DNA from: a virus
Lineage: Duplodnaviria > Caudoviricetes
Direction: 5' to 3' (one strand)
Virus record (IMG/VR): IMGVR_UViG_3300020710_000008
Coordinates: 291 to 64,290 of that record
DNA: 64,000 nucleotides
Every line of letters starts with the position of its first letter. The stretch's first letter is position 1. This document shows, in pieces, positions 45,904-55,311 of this stretch. A model generated the notes under the pieces. It saw nothing but the letters and a program-made list of their open reading frames with translations. It was not told the origin of the DNA and did no database searches. A program made the translations under genes and the position numbers.

Positions 45904-47139
45904 CTAGAAAGGAATCTCTTCCTCTTCGTCATCATCAAAGGTAACTACCTTTTTCTTTGGCTTAGTTTCAGTCTTTTCTACCTTAACTTCTTCCTTTACT
46001 ACTACTGGAATTTCTGCATCATCGTCATCATCAAAAGTAATCTTTTTCTTTGACAAGGGGACAAGAGTGGCTTTACCGGCTTTTACTAAAATATCTCCAG
46101 CGAAGTCATCATGAAGTGTAGTAGTTTCAGCAGGAGCATGGCTCTCAGCTACAAAAGAATCAGGTTCTTGCATGACTATTTCTTCAGCCTCTACGGGTGG
46201 TAAAGGGGTGAAATCCCCTTGATAAGCGGCCATGAATGCCTCTCTGTCTTTTACTAAATCCGTTAATTCTTCAGCCGTTATCCCGTTAATGGTGATAAAT
46301 TTACCTAAATCCTCTTCGGAGACTTCTTCTGCTACTATAACAGCAGGAGAGGAGGATTCAATGATCTTATGAATGCCTTCAGGGACCTCTACTTGATCAG
46401 CCCTACGTCTTTCAACATAAGCGGGGTCTTCATCTAAATCATCAAAGCCATTATCAGGAGACTCTACAGGTTCAGAGTCCTCAGTAAAACTCCAATGTTT
46501 CTTAAGCAGAGGGAAGCTGTTATCACCAGCCGATCCTACCCCATTAAAGGGTAAATTTACAATAGATGCATTAGCTTGATCAGTGCCTAGCTTGTACTTC
46601 TCTTGAGCGATCTTCCTCATTTCTTTTAGATGAACCACCATGACCTCAACGGCGGATAAAAGTCCGTCAATATTAAGATCAGTGTCTCCAATTAGTCTAG
46701 AGAATTCAGATTCTGCCAAGGCTTTTTGAGTGGAGGCTGGAATCTTGACTCCTGCCTCTTTCAGCTTTTCTGAGATAGCGATTTGATACCATGCAGAAAA
46801 AGTTGCAAGTAGGTTGTTGCTTAAGTGGAGGGCAGATTTAAGCTTTCCCTGGAAATAGATAGCCTTCATCTGTGCTACTTCAATCTTATCCGTCACTTGC
46901 TGTAAGGCTGTAGATAGTTCTACTAGATAAGACTGTGCCCCACCTGGAGGAATAGCGGCCATCAATTCAATTCGATCAATGCCTTTAATCTCTTTGTTCA
47001 GGATATTGAAATAGTCTTCAAATTGATAAGAATTGGAATCGGTTTTGTAAGTGAGGCTAGTCTTAAGGTTTGTGATCTGGCCAAGAATAGCGGTATCTTT
47101 TAAAACCACTTCTGCTTTTAGTTCATTCAATAATTGCAT
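45904..47139 (-). CDS. Coiled-coil protein with long acidic tail (possible recombination mediator)
   Basis: Helical N-terminus; ends DDDEEEEIPF, resembling an SSB-type interaction tail. Confidence 0.5.
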   Translation of the reverse strand: MQLLNELKAEVVLKDTAILGQITNLKTSLTYKTDSNSYQFEDYFNILNKEIKGIDRIELMAAIPPGGAQSYLVELSTALQQVTDKIEVAQMKAIYFQGKLKSALHLSNNLLATFSAWYQIAISEKLKEAGVKIPASTQKALAESEFSRLIGDTDLNIDGLLSAVEVMVVHLKEMRKIAQEKYKLGTDQANASIVNLPFNGVGSAGDNSFPLLKKHWSFTEDSEPVESPDNGFDDLDEDPAYVERRRADQVEVPEGIHKIIESSSPAVIVAEEVSEEDLGKFITINGITAEELTDLVKDREAFMAAYQGDFTPLPPVEAEEIVMQEPDSFVAESHAPAETTTLHDDFAGDILVKAGKATLVPLSKKKITFDDDDDAEIPVVVKEEVKVEKTETKPKKKVVTFDDDEEEEIPF

Positions 47140-47486
47140 TAGCTCTCCGGTGTCTCTGAATTATTACTGAGAGAAGCGAGATGTTCTCTCATCTTTTTTA
47201 CACGAGCCTTTGCCTTAGTGATGGCAGCGGCAGCATCAGTCCCACTCATCTCTCCTGCTGCGTACTTAGCAATATTGAGGGATTCCCACATAGCTAAGTG
47301 CATGTCTAAACTTTGATTAACTACTTCCTCAATATTGTCGAAGCCCACACCTTCAGTTCCCTCCGGAACTTCAGCCTTCATGTTGAAAAAACGACTTTGG
47401 CCTGCACCATAACTGACATCTTTAATGTCAAGACTCAAGGTCATTCCCGTTATTGATAGACGCCTTTCGTTTCCACTCATTAACAT
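47139..47486 (-). CDS. Hypothetical protein
   Basis: AAGGAG SD. Confidence 0.6.
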   Translation of the reverse strand: MLMSGNERRLSITGMTLSLDIKDVSYGAGQSRFFNMKAEVPEGTEGVGFDNIEEVVNQSLDMHLAMWESLNIAKYAAGEMSGTDAAAAITKAKARVKKMREHLASLSNNSETPES

Positions 47487-48204
47487 GCTCCTTTAAATAA
47501 TTAATTCTGTCATCCATCTCTGGTAGGAAGTCCAACAGTGTTACATCCACACCTGGGATTCCGTTACCTGAGGCTAATTTTACTTGAGGGGTTTTGCTTT
47601 TCACTATTAAGTCAACTGTATTAGCTCTAGTCAATTTCATAGTGGGGAGATTTAAAACTAATTGTCTAAAACTTGAAGTCATTGATGGATGTTGATCAAT
47701 AAACTGTGGCCTAGATTTTACTACAATCCAGGTTGGATGACCCGCAGATTGCCTGTTACTTATTACGAATTCGTGCCACTGCGAAGCCTTCTCATAATGC
47801 AAGAAAACTGGAGCATTGATAATAAGAAGGTCTACAGAGTATAAAGCCGCCATTTGTTGGGCATTATCCCCACTGGGAACTGCATGAGACATTAGTTCTG
47901 TGGGGGATACAATCTTCCAACTCTTTTCAGGCATTTTGCGCCTTATTAGCGCGGTCCTAAGATGAGCCTGCCAAATACCATTGTCCTCACATTCAATGCA
48001 TAAATTGGTACGAGCTTTAAGTGGTTCTAAGAGCTTAGTTGACTTTAAGAAATGAAAGTCCTTAAGAGGACTAGTGTACTCTTTTAATAGGGCGATACCG
48101 ATACAGGTGCAGGGCTCCCTGAGATTCTCCCCTATGGCAATTGTTTTGTTGCCATGACACTTAGGACAAACTGAGGTCTCCGCCGAGAAGACTGATATAA
48201 CCAT
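47428..48204 (-). CDS. DnaC/IstB-like helicase-loader homolog with degenerate P-loop
   Basis: N-terminal CPKC...CTC; DLLII and R...G.PTWI pattern; no Walker A. Confidence 0.45.
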   Translation of the reverse strand: MVISVFSAETSVCPKCHGNKTIAIGENLREPCTCIGIALLKEYTSPLKDFHFLKSTKLLEPLKARTNLCIECEDNGIWQAHLRTALIRRKMPEKSWKIVSPTELMSHAVPSGDNAQQMAALYSVDLLIINAPVFLHYEKASQWHEFVISNRQSAGHPTWIVVKSRPQFIDQHPSMTSSFRQLVLNLPTMKLTRANTVDLIVKSKTPQVKLASGNGIPGVDVTLLDFLPEMDDRINYLKEHVNEWKRKASINNGNDLES

Positions 48205-50171
48205 TAAAACTCCCACTTAGCAAGGTCAGCCTCACTCACTGATACTCTCTTTTTCTCTTTCTTTTTACTCTCTGGTTGATCAAAGGACATTTTGTAATCA
48301 GAACCTTCTAATTCAGCCTCTTTAATCTGCTTGCCACTAATGAAATCCCCCATCTTTATATTCTTAACATGTGCCTTTAGAAGCTTTAGGAATTCAGAGT
48401 CATCATTAACCATTTCCATACCTGATGCAAGGTCCAAATCATTGGAGTCATTGAGTAGCCCTGCGGAATAGGACTCTCCCAGGATAGTCTCAAATAGCTC
48501 TCCCTTGCCCTTTAAGGTGTCAATGGCATATTCATCTATGGTTCCTTTGGCGGGGACTACATGAAGCGTACAGGCACTATGGGGGCTTGCCATTCTAACC
48601 ATACGACCAACTAGCTGAATAAGCACTCCCCAACTCCAAGGAGCGTCTAGAAGAACCATGTGAGCCGCTTGCTGTAGATTAACCCCCTCAGCAGCAGCGG
48701 TATTGATAAATAGTAGGTTGTAATTAGGGTCATTCTGGAATAATTGTTTATTTATTTCACGTTGTTTCTCATTCTCGGCTCCAGTGATACGGAGGAATTT
48801 GCGATCCGTGAAATGGCCGTTCTTGGTAATGGCTTCGAAACGGTCAATCCAAGTCCTGAATTTGGTAAATACAATAACTTTCTCTCCTGCTAGATCACCT
48901 TCTAGTAAATCTAATAAAACCTCCTCTTTAGGGGATAAATTCTTAGTGTGGAACGCCTTTAAATCATGTTTTTCTAGAAGACATGGGTGGTTAGCAATCA
49001 TTTGAGTGACAGCTAACATAGTCATGGCATTATCAGGATCACGCTCTTTCTCATAAAGATCCCCATGAACATCCTTTTTCACCATAGGCGGGAGAATGTA
49101 TTCCCCAAGAGGGATATCGTGCAAAATAAGCTTAGATTGATACTTATCGAGGTCCACTGGATGATAAATAGTAGACAATTTTGGTAGCGGCTCTTTAACC
49201 TGAGCTTGGGATCTACCATAATAAAAGGGTCTCATTCCCTCTTTGAATTTTTTAACATTTTTATAACCCTCTAGCTGATCTTTGTAAATACCCTTACCAA
49301 CATGAACTTGTCTATAGATACAGAATTCTGACCTAAATGGTTTCATGGGGCCAAAGGGACGAATGCCAATTGCTACTGCAATAGAGTAAAATTCATCTAG
49401 AGAATTTTGAATGACAGTAGCGGTCATGGCCCAAATAGCAGCAATATAAGGCTGAATTTTAAGAATCATCTTTCTATTTTGAGAGGTGGTTGATTTAAAT
49501 TTTTGGCACTCATCTGTGATTAAAATGAGCCTATCCCCATATTTTTTCATTAAGGCTACTAGAGCTAATACTTCTGGAGAAGTCTCTTCTTTTTGGCCTT
49601 CGTTTACAGGATTACCATCTTGGTCAAATTCTCCCTCTATAGTCCTTCTTCGGCCCACTAGAGAGGAATATTTGCAAACTAGGACATCTGTATCACCATT
49701 AAATAGGTCCTCAATTTGTTCTAGTCTAGCTTCAGACCCCTTCTTCTTCTTATACTTATCTTGAAGTACTTCAACTTTTAAAGTGGAAAAGTTCTCATAC
49801 TCACTCTGCCATTGATAGGTAGTAGATTTAGTCCCGAAGACGATCACCTTCATCCCTGGACGTTTGTGTAAATGATAGGCTGATCCTACAATTGCTGAAA
49901 TGGTTTTACCTAACCCTACTGCATGACCATCAATGTAACGATGCATCTTGATCATGTGGGCTATAGATTGAGTTTGGTAATTACGAATATCAAAGGGCTT
50001 ACCGGTTTTAGTTATCTTTCGAATAGTTGGGGGGATCTGAATTGGAATTGGACCCTCTTCAGGATCATGACATCTGATTCGGTACAGTAACTCAAGGGTC
50101 TTGTGAGAAAGACCCATTTTGTCTGTATAGTCTGTGATTAAAGGACAAGCCTCTTCCTCTTCAGCTATCAC
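48204..50171 (-). CDS. SNF2-family helicase
   Basis: AVGLGKT, TDECQ, MTATVIQN, KVIVFT, EGVNLQ.A, QLVGRMVR. Confidence 0.9.
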   Translation of the reverse strand: MIAEEEEACPLITDYTDKMGLSHKTLELLYRIRCHDPEEGPIPIQIPPTIRKITKTGKPFDIRNYQTQSIAHMIKMHRYIDGHAVGLGKTISAIVGSAYHLHKRPGMKVIVFGTKSTTYQWQSEYENFSTLKVEVLQDKYKKKKGSEARLEQIEDLFNGDTDVLVCKYSSLVGRRRTIEGEFDQDGNPVNEGQKEETSPEVLALVALMKKYGDRLILITDECQKFKSTTSQNRKMILKIQPYIAAIWAMTATVIQNSLDEFYSIAVAIGIRPFGPMKPFRSEFCIYRQVHVGKGIYKDQLEGYKNVKKFKEGMRPFYYGRSQAQVKEPLPKLSTIYHPVDLDKYQSKLILHDIPLGEYILPPMVKKDVHGDLYEKERDPDNAMTMLAVTQMIANHPCLLEKHDLKAFHTKNLSPKEEVLLDLLEGDLAGEKVIVFTKFRTWIDRFEAITKNGHFTDRKFLRITGAENEKQREINKQLFQNDPNYNLLFINTAAAEGVNLQQAAHMVLLDAPWSWGVLIQLVGRMVRMASPHSACTLHVVPAKGTIDEYAIDTLKGKGELFETILGESYSAGLLNDSNDLDLASGMEMVNDDSEFLKLLKAHVKNIKMGDFISGKQIKEAELEGSDYKMSFDQPESKKKEKKRVSVSEADLAKWEF

Positions 50172-50191
50172 CGTTCATCTCCTATGAGCTA

Positions 50192-50497
50192 TTACTGCTT
50201 CTTAGCACATTCTAGCAAGGAGGAGGTGACTGATGAAAGATTCAAGGAGGATGATCTTCCGTTTTCTTTGATTTCTAATTTCATATGATGGTCTAAAGTA
50301 AAGGCTCCAAATCTACTATCTGTGACCTCTACCATGGTCTTGTCTAAAGATTTTTTGAGTTCGATCCTATCAAACTCTATTCCGCAGACTCGAAGGTTAA
50401 CAGGAACGGCCATTTCAATGGGTCCTTCCCTTTTGGGCCTCTTTAAGACCCTCAGCAGTGATTTCAAAAATGCTTTCGCCGGTTTCCAGAATGACAT
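50192..50497 (-). CDS. Hypothetical protein
   Basis: Operon packing; start uncertain. Confidence 0.45.
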   Translation of the reverse strand: MSFWKPAKAFLKSLLRVLKRPKREGPIEMAVPVNLRVCGIEFDRIELKKSLDKTMVEVTDSRFGAFTLDHHMKLEIKENGRSSSLNLSSVTSSLLECAKKQ

Positions 50498-50642
50498 CTA
50501 TTGTTCTCAAAAATTTTCTATTTGTTAAGCGGTGCATGACAAGTTCATCATCATACGGGAGTTTAGATTCTTTAATTCCGTTAGGGTAGAAGTCTCTTAC
50601 CCTTTCCAAAATTTGGATGGCCTTTGATTCGGCGGATTGCAT
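50415..50642 (-). CDS. Small winged-helix-like hypothetical protein
   Basis: L..L....FL......FEIT.EG pattern. Confidence 0.45.
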   Translation of the reverse strand: MQSAESKAIQILERVRDFYPNGIKESKLPYDDELVMHRLTNRKFLRTIDVILETGESIFEITAEGLKEAQKGRTH

Positions 50643-50744
50643 AATCTAACCTCATACTTATGATGCACGAAGATCCAATATTGGTCGGACTTTGTGATTA
50701 TAAAGTATTAAAGTAATTACACTACCATACGTTACAATATTTCC

Positions 50745-50981
50745 TTAAACTGCTTGGCGTCTTAGCCCAGAATCACACTGGCTGATACGCAATCTTAACA
50801 GATTTTTGAAGTTATCTACCGGAACAACATTCCAATTGAATGTTTTCATGTCCATCATTTCCACATTACCATCTAATTGTTCAAATGACTCAGGATTAAA
50901 CTTAGAATCTCGTAGTTCAATTTCACCTGAAGGAGTAAGGAAAGCTAGAAAATCTTTACCATTCTTTTTAACCATTAACAT
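50745..50981 (-). CDS. Hypothetical protein
   Basis: 78 aa ORF. Confidence 0.5.
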   Translation of the reverse strand: MLMVKKNGKDFLAFLTPSGEIELRDSKFNPESFEQLDGNVEMMDMKTFNWNVVPVDNFKNLLRLRISQCDSGLRRQAV

Positions 50982-51068
50982 CTTAGAGTTTCCTTAAGAT
51001 TACCGAATAGAGGGGGAGAGGGGAGGTCTGTGACCTCATCTTAAATATGATTTAAAAGTTGATTTAAC

Positions 51069-52787
51069 TCACAGTTTTTTATGAAGTAAAGTGTTATTCC
51101 ACCCACTACTCTTTTTTACATAATTTGGGTCAAGAAGGCCAAGATCAACTAATATAGCTCTTACATCAGTATGATGGGGATTAAAATTGTCCGTGACTTC
51201 TTCTACCATATCTTCAAATTTTTCTTCACTAGATTTAGATGCATCGTATAGGGGTTTGAACTGCTCCAAAGTTCTAGCCATTTGTTCCCTAGTTACTACT
51301 CCACCAAAAACCCTGTCAAACGAAGATTGGGTGCATCGCTGAGAGGAGGTTAGATTTCCTAAATGCCACTCTGGAGTAAGATCGGCAGGAGCGGTGATAG
51401 TGGCATTGGGGTTGCCTTCTTTGGTTTTTTCATTCATTTTCTCGACAGCTTCGCGGATTACATTGAATACATGAGCTTCAGGAGAATCAGGAGAATTAAT
51501 AAATTCGTTTAGTTTCGCTTTAGCTGCTAATTCTTCTGTATCATCAATGGGCGGTAAGAGTTCGTCCATCTGCTCTTTGATATAATCCTCATGTGCTGTT
51601 TTAAAGCAATCTAAATCACAGTAGCTTCCATTTGTAATATCGCTGTAAATAGCCTCGTGTTCGTCAAAATCAGTCCCACATTGATCACATTCAATGCGGT
51701 GAGATTCATAGTCACTTTCACTTGGAATAATAATACCATCATCCATGTAGCTAGAAATTCTTTTATCGTATTTAGCAAGAAACGCAAAGAGTGACCAATA
51801 CTGATCATCTGTTACTACATAAGCTTCATCAGTATCCCCGTAGTATTCCCCAACATCATTCCCATCAATGTCCTGGCATTCAATTCTTTGTGAGTTAGGG
51901 GGAACATAATATTGAGCAAATTTATCACTACCCATATATTCCTCTTCGTCACCCTGATAGGTTTCATCATGGGTAGTGATAACATATAGAGGAGCTTTGG
52001 ATAGATAATTCCTAGCATGACTCTCACCTTGAGTACACCAATGAGTTCCCGTTGACATCAGCATAGAGGCTTCTACTGTGGTGACTCGGTAGAAGTCGAA
52101 GTGACCCATTCTTCCCAGGTATTCAACTCCGTCCCTTAAATATTTTGCTTTATTTTTTTCGATATCTTTCAATTGGTCTTTTTTAGACAGGTCTTCTCTA
52201 GTGATATTATCAATCATCGTTATAAAATAAGCGGGGGGATAGGAGTTAATATCAGTAGAGTTGTTAAGCCTGAATTGAGGACTGTTTTTAAGACGTTCAA
52301 ATACTGCCAGCCTGTCTTTAAAATCAGTAGTCAAATCTTCTATGGTTCTGCCACCAGCTTTATAGGCTTTCGTTAGCCATTCGGTGTAGACACCATTAGG
52401 GGTTGGATCAACATCTGCAATTTTATCAAGAACGACTCTATCCAGTTTATACTTATTGGCTAGAGCATCTTTCTTGGAATCTGAAGCAGCGGCCACTTTA
52501 CCAGCGTTCTGTCCAGTCCTTTGAATCTCAAAATCGAAATCTTCTCCTTCGGTGGAAAAGCTAGCTACGTCACCTAGAGTCTTGTTGTAGAAAGGTAGTT
52601 GTTTAACTCTAGATATGACTATTTGAGGGGATACAGACCCCTCCACAATTTCTTTAATTTTTCCGGAATTATAGAGATGCTGAACCCAATAGTATAGGAA
52701 TTTAGGGTTAACCTCTTTGTCCGTGACTTTGACTTTTATAGTATTGCCGACAGCCGCAGCCAGTTTTGATTCAAATTCTAGCATCAC
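51069..52787 (-). CDS. Multidomain protein: HsdS-TRD-like N-terminal segment, PcfJ-like GTxWCT domain, Zn finger
   Basis: V.PKFLYY...GS..P.I; DPTPN..Y..W; GTHWCT; CDQCG...YC..DC. Confidence 0.55.
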   Translation of the reverse strand: MMLEFESKLAAAVGNTIKVKVTDKEVNPKFLYYWVQHLYNSGKIKEIVEGSVSPQIVISRVKQLPFYNKTLGDVASFSTEGEDFDFEIQRTGQNAGKVAAASDSKKDALANKYKLDRVVLDKIADVDPTPNGVYTEWLTKAYKAGGRTIEDLTTDFKDRLAVFERLKNSPQFRLNNSTDINSYPPAYFITMIDNITREDLSKKDQLKDIEKNKAKYLRDGVEYLGRMGHFDFYRVTTVEASMLMSTGTHWCTQGESHARNYLSKAPLYVITTHDETYQGDEEEYMGSDKFAQYYVPPNSQRIECQDIDGNDVGEYYGDTDEAYVVTDDQYWSLFAFLAKYDKRISSYMDDGIIIPSESDYESHRIECDQCGTDFDEHEAIYSDITNGSYCDLDCFKTAHEDYIKEQMDELLPPIDDTEELAAKAKLNEFINSPDSPEAHVFNVIREAVEKMNEKTKEGNPNATITAPADLTPEWHLGNLTSSQRCTQSSFDRVFGGVVTREQMARTLEQFKPLYDASKSSEEKFEDMVEEVTDNFNPHHTDVRAILVDLGLLDPNYVKKSSGWNNTLLHKKL

Positions 52788-52808
52788 TCACCAAGATAAG
52801 CCTTCATA

Positions 52809-53033
52809 CTAGATAGGCAAATTGGAATTATTAGACGCTAACCTATCATGATGGTATTGAGTTAGTACGCCTTGAGTTGGACTATAGGCACTTTTTAGAC
52901 AATCAGGGCACCATGCATTTAAGTTATTATCTACAAACATGGGAGTTCCGTGGGTAGGACAAATTAAGTGACTCATGTAAACATCCAATCTGACATCCAA
53001 TGATAAAGCCTGTAAAGGGACATCTCTAGCCAT
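52809..53033 (-). CDS. Small zinc-ribbon protein
   Basis: CPTHG...WCPDC. Confidence 0.55.
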   Translation of the reverse strand: MARDVPLQALSLDVRLDVYMSHLICPTHGTPMFVDNNLNAWCPDCLKSAYSPTQGVLTQYHHDRLASNNSNLPI

Positions 53034-53181
53034 GTTAATTCTCTGAGAGTAAGAGTTTTATCCCATCCAATGCTTGCTATCTTATAGGGCTTTCCTCCAG
53101 TTTTATAGGTATCTCCGATTTTAAATTGTGGCTCTTTTTCTATATAACTTGACTCTATAATGCGGCGAGGGCCACCAACTA

Positions 53182-53460
53182 TCATACTGCCTCAAAATAG
53201 GATACTATCCAGCCATTTTTGTACACTTTATGAAAATGAGTATTTTCACTAAACTGAGTTGGTAAAGTTACATCTTCTTTTAATTCGGTAATTGCTTCAA
53301 TGATTGTTAAAAATACATCGGTGCCTAGAAGAGTTTTGGACCCATTTTCATCTGTTTCTGTAACATGCACTCTTTTTTCCACAGACACTTTACCAGTTAA
53401 AATGGGGTGCTTTGACAGAATAAGATCCGTAGTATCAAAACAGAACTCTACAATTTTCAT
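53182..53460 (-). CDS. Hypothetical protein
   Basis: ATGA coupling. Confidence 0.55.
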   Translation of the reverse strand: MKIVEFCFDTTDLILSKHPILTGKVSVEKRVHVTETDENGSKTLLGTDVFLTIIEAITELKEDVTLPTQFSENTHFHKVYKNGWIVSYFEAV

Positions 53461-54236
53461 TTCATTTTCTTTCCAGCTTCATAGGCTATAACGAAAGCCG
53501 CACCTGTTTTCAACCAACCATTGAGCCTTTCACGTTTAACCCTAGCATCAGCATCTTTGACTAATCCATTTAAATTAGCTTCTCTGGCGACATGCTCTGC
53601 ATTAATGGCATCTTTCTCTGTAGATATCTGATTACCTTTTTGAACTTCAAGATTCAGCCCATCCACTTGTTTAGTTAAAGCTCCAGTGAGCCCAACTTGA
53701 GTAGTATAAGCGGTCTCCAACTGAGGAATACGGAGGCTTTCCTTATACCAAGTCCAAATTGTGGGTACATTCTTAGTTGGGGTAGTAGCTGATCCGAGCA
53801 TAGGATCTGTTCTAGGTTTTGGCACAGTAAGTGTGAATCTAACTCCGGAAGAAGCAATATCTGTTACAGCAACATTAACATCTGTAGGTGGAGCCGTGAC
53901 AGGAGCGGGTGGTGGATTATTGGCAACTTTGCCCTTCCACATCTCTACTTGATTCTTTAGGACAACATTGGAGGCAGTGAGAGCGTCTTTATCTTTCTGA
54001 TCAGCCGCAGCCTTGTCATTAAGGACTTGAAGCTGCTTCTTGAACTCATTGTCCTTAGCCTTTTCAGCGGCCTCTTGTTTATCTTTGTACCCACACCAAG
54101 CTCTCCACCCTTGCCATGCAACAGCAAGGAAGACACAAATGCAGATAATGATGAGATATTGCTTAATTACCATGCCTGCTTTGTTTAATCCAGCAGTTAC
54201 TCCATCCAATAGCGCCATTTTATCTCCTTTGGCCAA
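53457..54236 (-). CDS. Membrane-anchored coiled-coil protein (i-spanin-like topology)
   Basis: N-terminal transmembrane segment then long heptads; function uncertain. Confidence 0.45.
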   Translation of the reverse strand: MAKGDKMALLDGVTAGLNKAGMVIKQYLIIICICVFLAVAWQGWRAWCGYKDKQEAAEKAKDNEFKKQLQVLNDKAAADQKDKDALTASNVVLKNQVEMWKGKVANNPPPAPVTAPPTDVNVAVTDIASSGVRFTLTVPKPRTDPMLGSATTPTKNVPTIWTWYKESLRIPQLETAYTTQVGLTGALTKQVDGLNLEVQKGNQISTEKDAINAEHVAREANLNGLVKDADARVKRERLNGWLKTGAAFVIAYEAGKKMK

Positions 54237-55308
54237 GAATTCTAACGTAATTCAAGCAGCCGGTAGCGGTGGAATCTAGGGGGTTAGCCGATGCTCTAGC
54301 TTCACCAACCTTGAATCTCACATCCAAGTTACCCATGAAGACTTCATTAAATAAGTCCATGAAACCAACTGCCTTAGTAGTTCCACCTGAGATTACTACA
54401 GGGATGGTCTCGGCAATTTCAGTACGATGTTCATTCATACCGAAGAATACGTTTGTGGCGTGAACCAGCTTAGTTAGAAGATCACGATACATCATGCTAA
54501 TAGCCTCAGCTTGGCGTTCTGTCTTGGTATCATCAGAGTCCTGCTTGTCCAGCACTAGACCAGAAGTTACATTAACACCACGCTCTTTCAAAAGGGTAAT
54601 GTGAGACACCAGAGAACTAGTCTGATCAGCGGCAGCATTATCAATAAAATCCCCGCCAAAAGGCAAAGAGAATACGCGAACAGGTAGGCCCTTATAGACT
54701 AGGGCTACGTTAGTCATACCGGCACCAAAGCTAATAAATAAGCCGGTAAGTGGTAGTTCCCCTTTCTTGGGAGTAATGGTTTCAGCATAACCAATGGCAG
54801 CGGCCTCATTCAAAGGCTTAGCTGTGAAGCCAAGATCAGTGATTAGATTCTTGAAAAATCCTGTATGGAAAGTTAGTCCAATATCCTGGGAGGGTTTGAA
54901 ATTAGCAGGCTTGTCTGCATCAAAGAGAGGACCGGGGACAGAGAAAGCCACTAGCTCTTTCTCAACCGCAGGCTTGCCTAGAATTTGAGATAGGATAAGC
55001 TTGAGGATTTCCTTACCATCTTCTTCCTTGGGGCTAATAAAGCCCTTGGAAAGCGGTCTACGAAGCTCTCCTCCTAGAACACCAACTAGGTTGATGGCAT
55101 CATTACCAACAACATAGAGTTCGTTGGAGCCTTCAATGTACTCAACACCAGAAATGTCAAGAGTTGGAGCATTATCAAGGGAGAGAGCTAGGAAGCAGTC
55201 TCTAACGGAAGATAGGTCTACCGTCTTTCCTTGGTCGGATTTTGCAGATACGATATACGCAGTTCCAATATCCACTCCGCATCCGTTGAATTCTTTGTTA
55301 TCAGCCAT
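54220..55308 (-). CDS. Actin-fold ATPase (MreB/ParM/FtsA superfamily)
   Basis: GVDIGT, LNEAAA, SFGAGMTN, GGDFID, ISGGT: phosphate-1, connect, phosphate-2 and adenosine motifs. Confidence 0.8.
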   Translation of the reverse strand: MADNKEFNGCGVDIGTAYIVSAKSDQGKTVDLSSVRDCFLALSLDNAPTLDISGVEYIEGSNELYVVGNDAINLVGVLGGELRRPLSKGFISPKEEDGKEILKLILSQILGKPAVEKELVAFSVPGPLFDADKPANFKPSQDIGLTFHTGFFKNLITDLGFTAKPLNEAAAIGYAETITPKKGELPLTGLFISFGAGMTNVALVYKGLPVRVFSLPFGGDFIDNAAADQTSSLVSHITLLKERGVNVTSGLVLDKQDSDDTKTERQAEAISMMYRDLLTKLVHATNVFFGMNEHRTEIAETIPVVISGGTTKAVGFMDLFNEVFMGNLDVRFKVGEARASANPLDSTATGCLNYVRILGQRR

Positions 55309-55311
55309 TTC

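Noticed and set aside
50643-50744. AT-rich intergenic gap as replication origin or ncRNA
   Set aside because: No iterons, DnaA boxes or stable structure could be seen.
53457-54236. Lysis cassette
   Set aside because: The topology is spanin-like, but no endolysin, holin or o-spanin lipoprotein is adjacent, so the call is left tentative.
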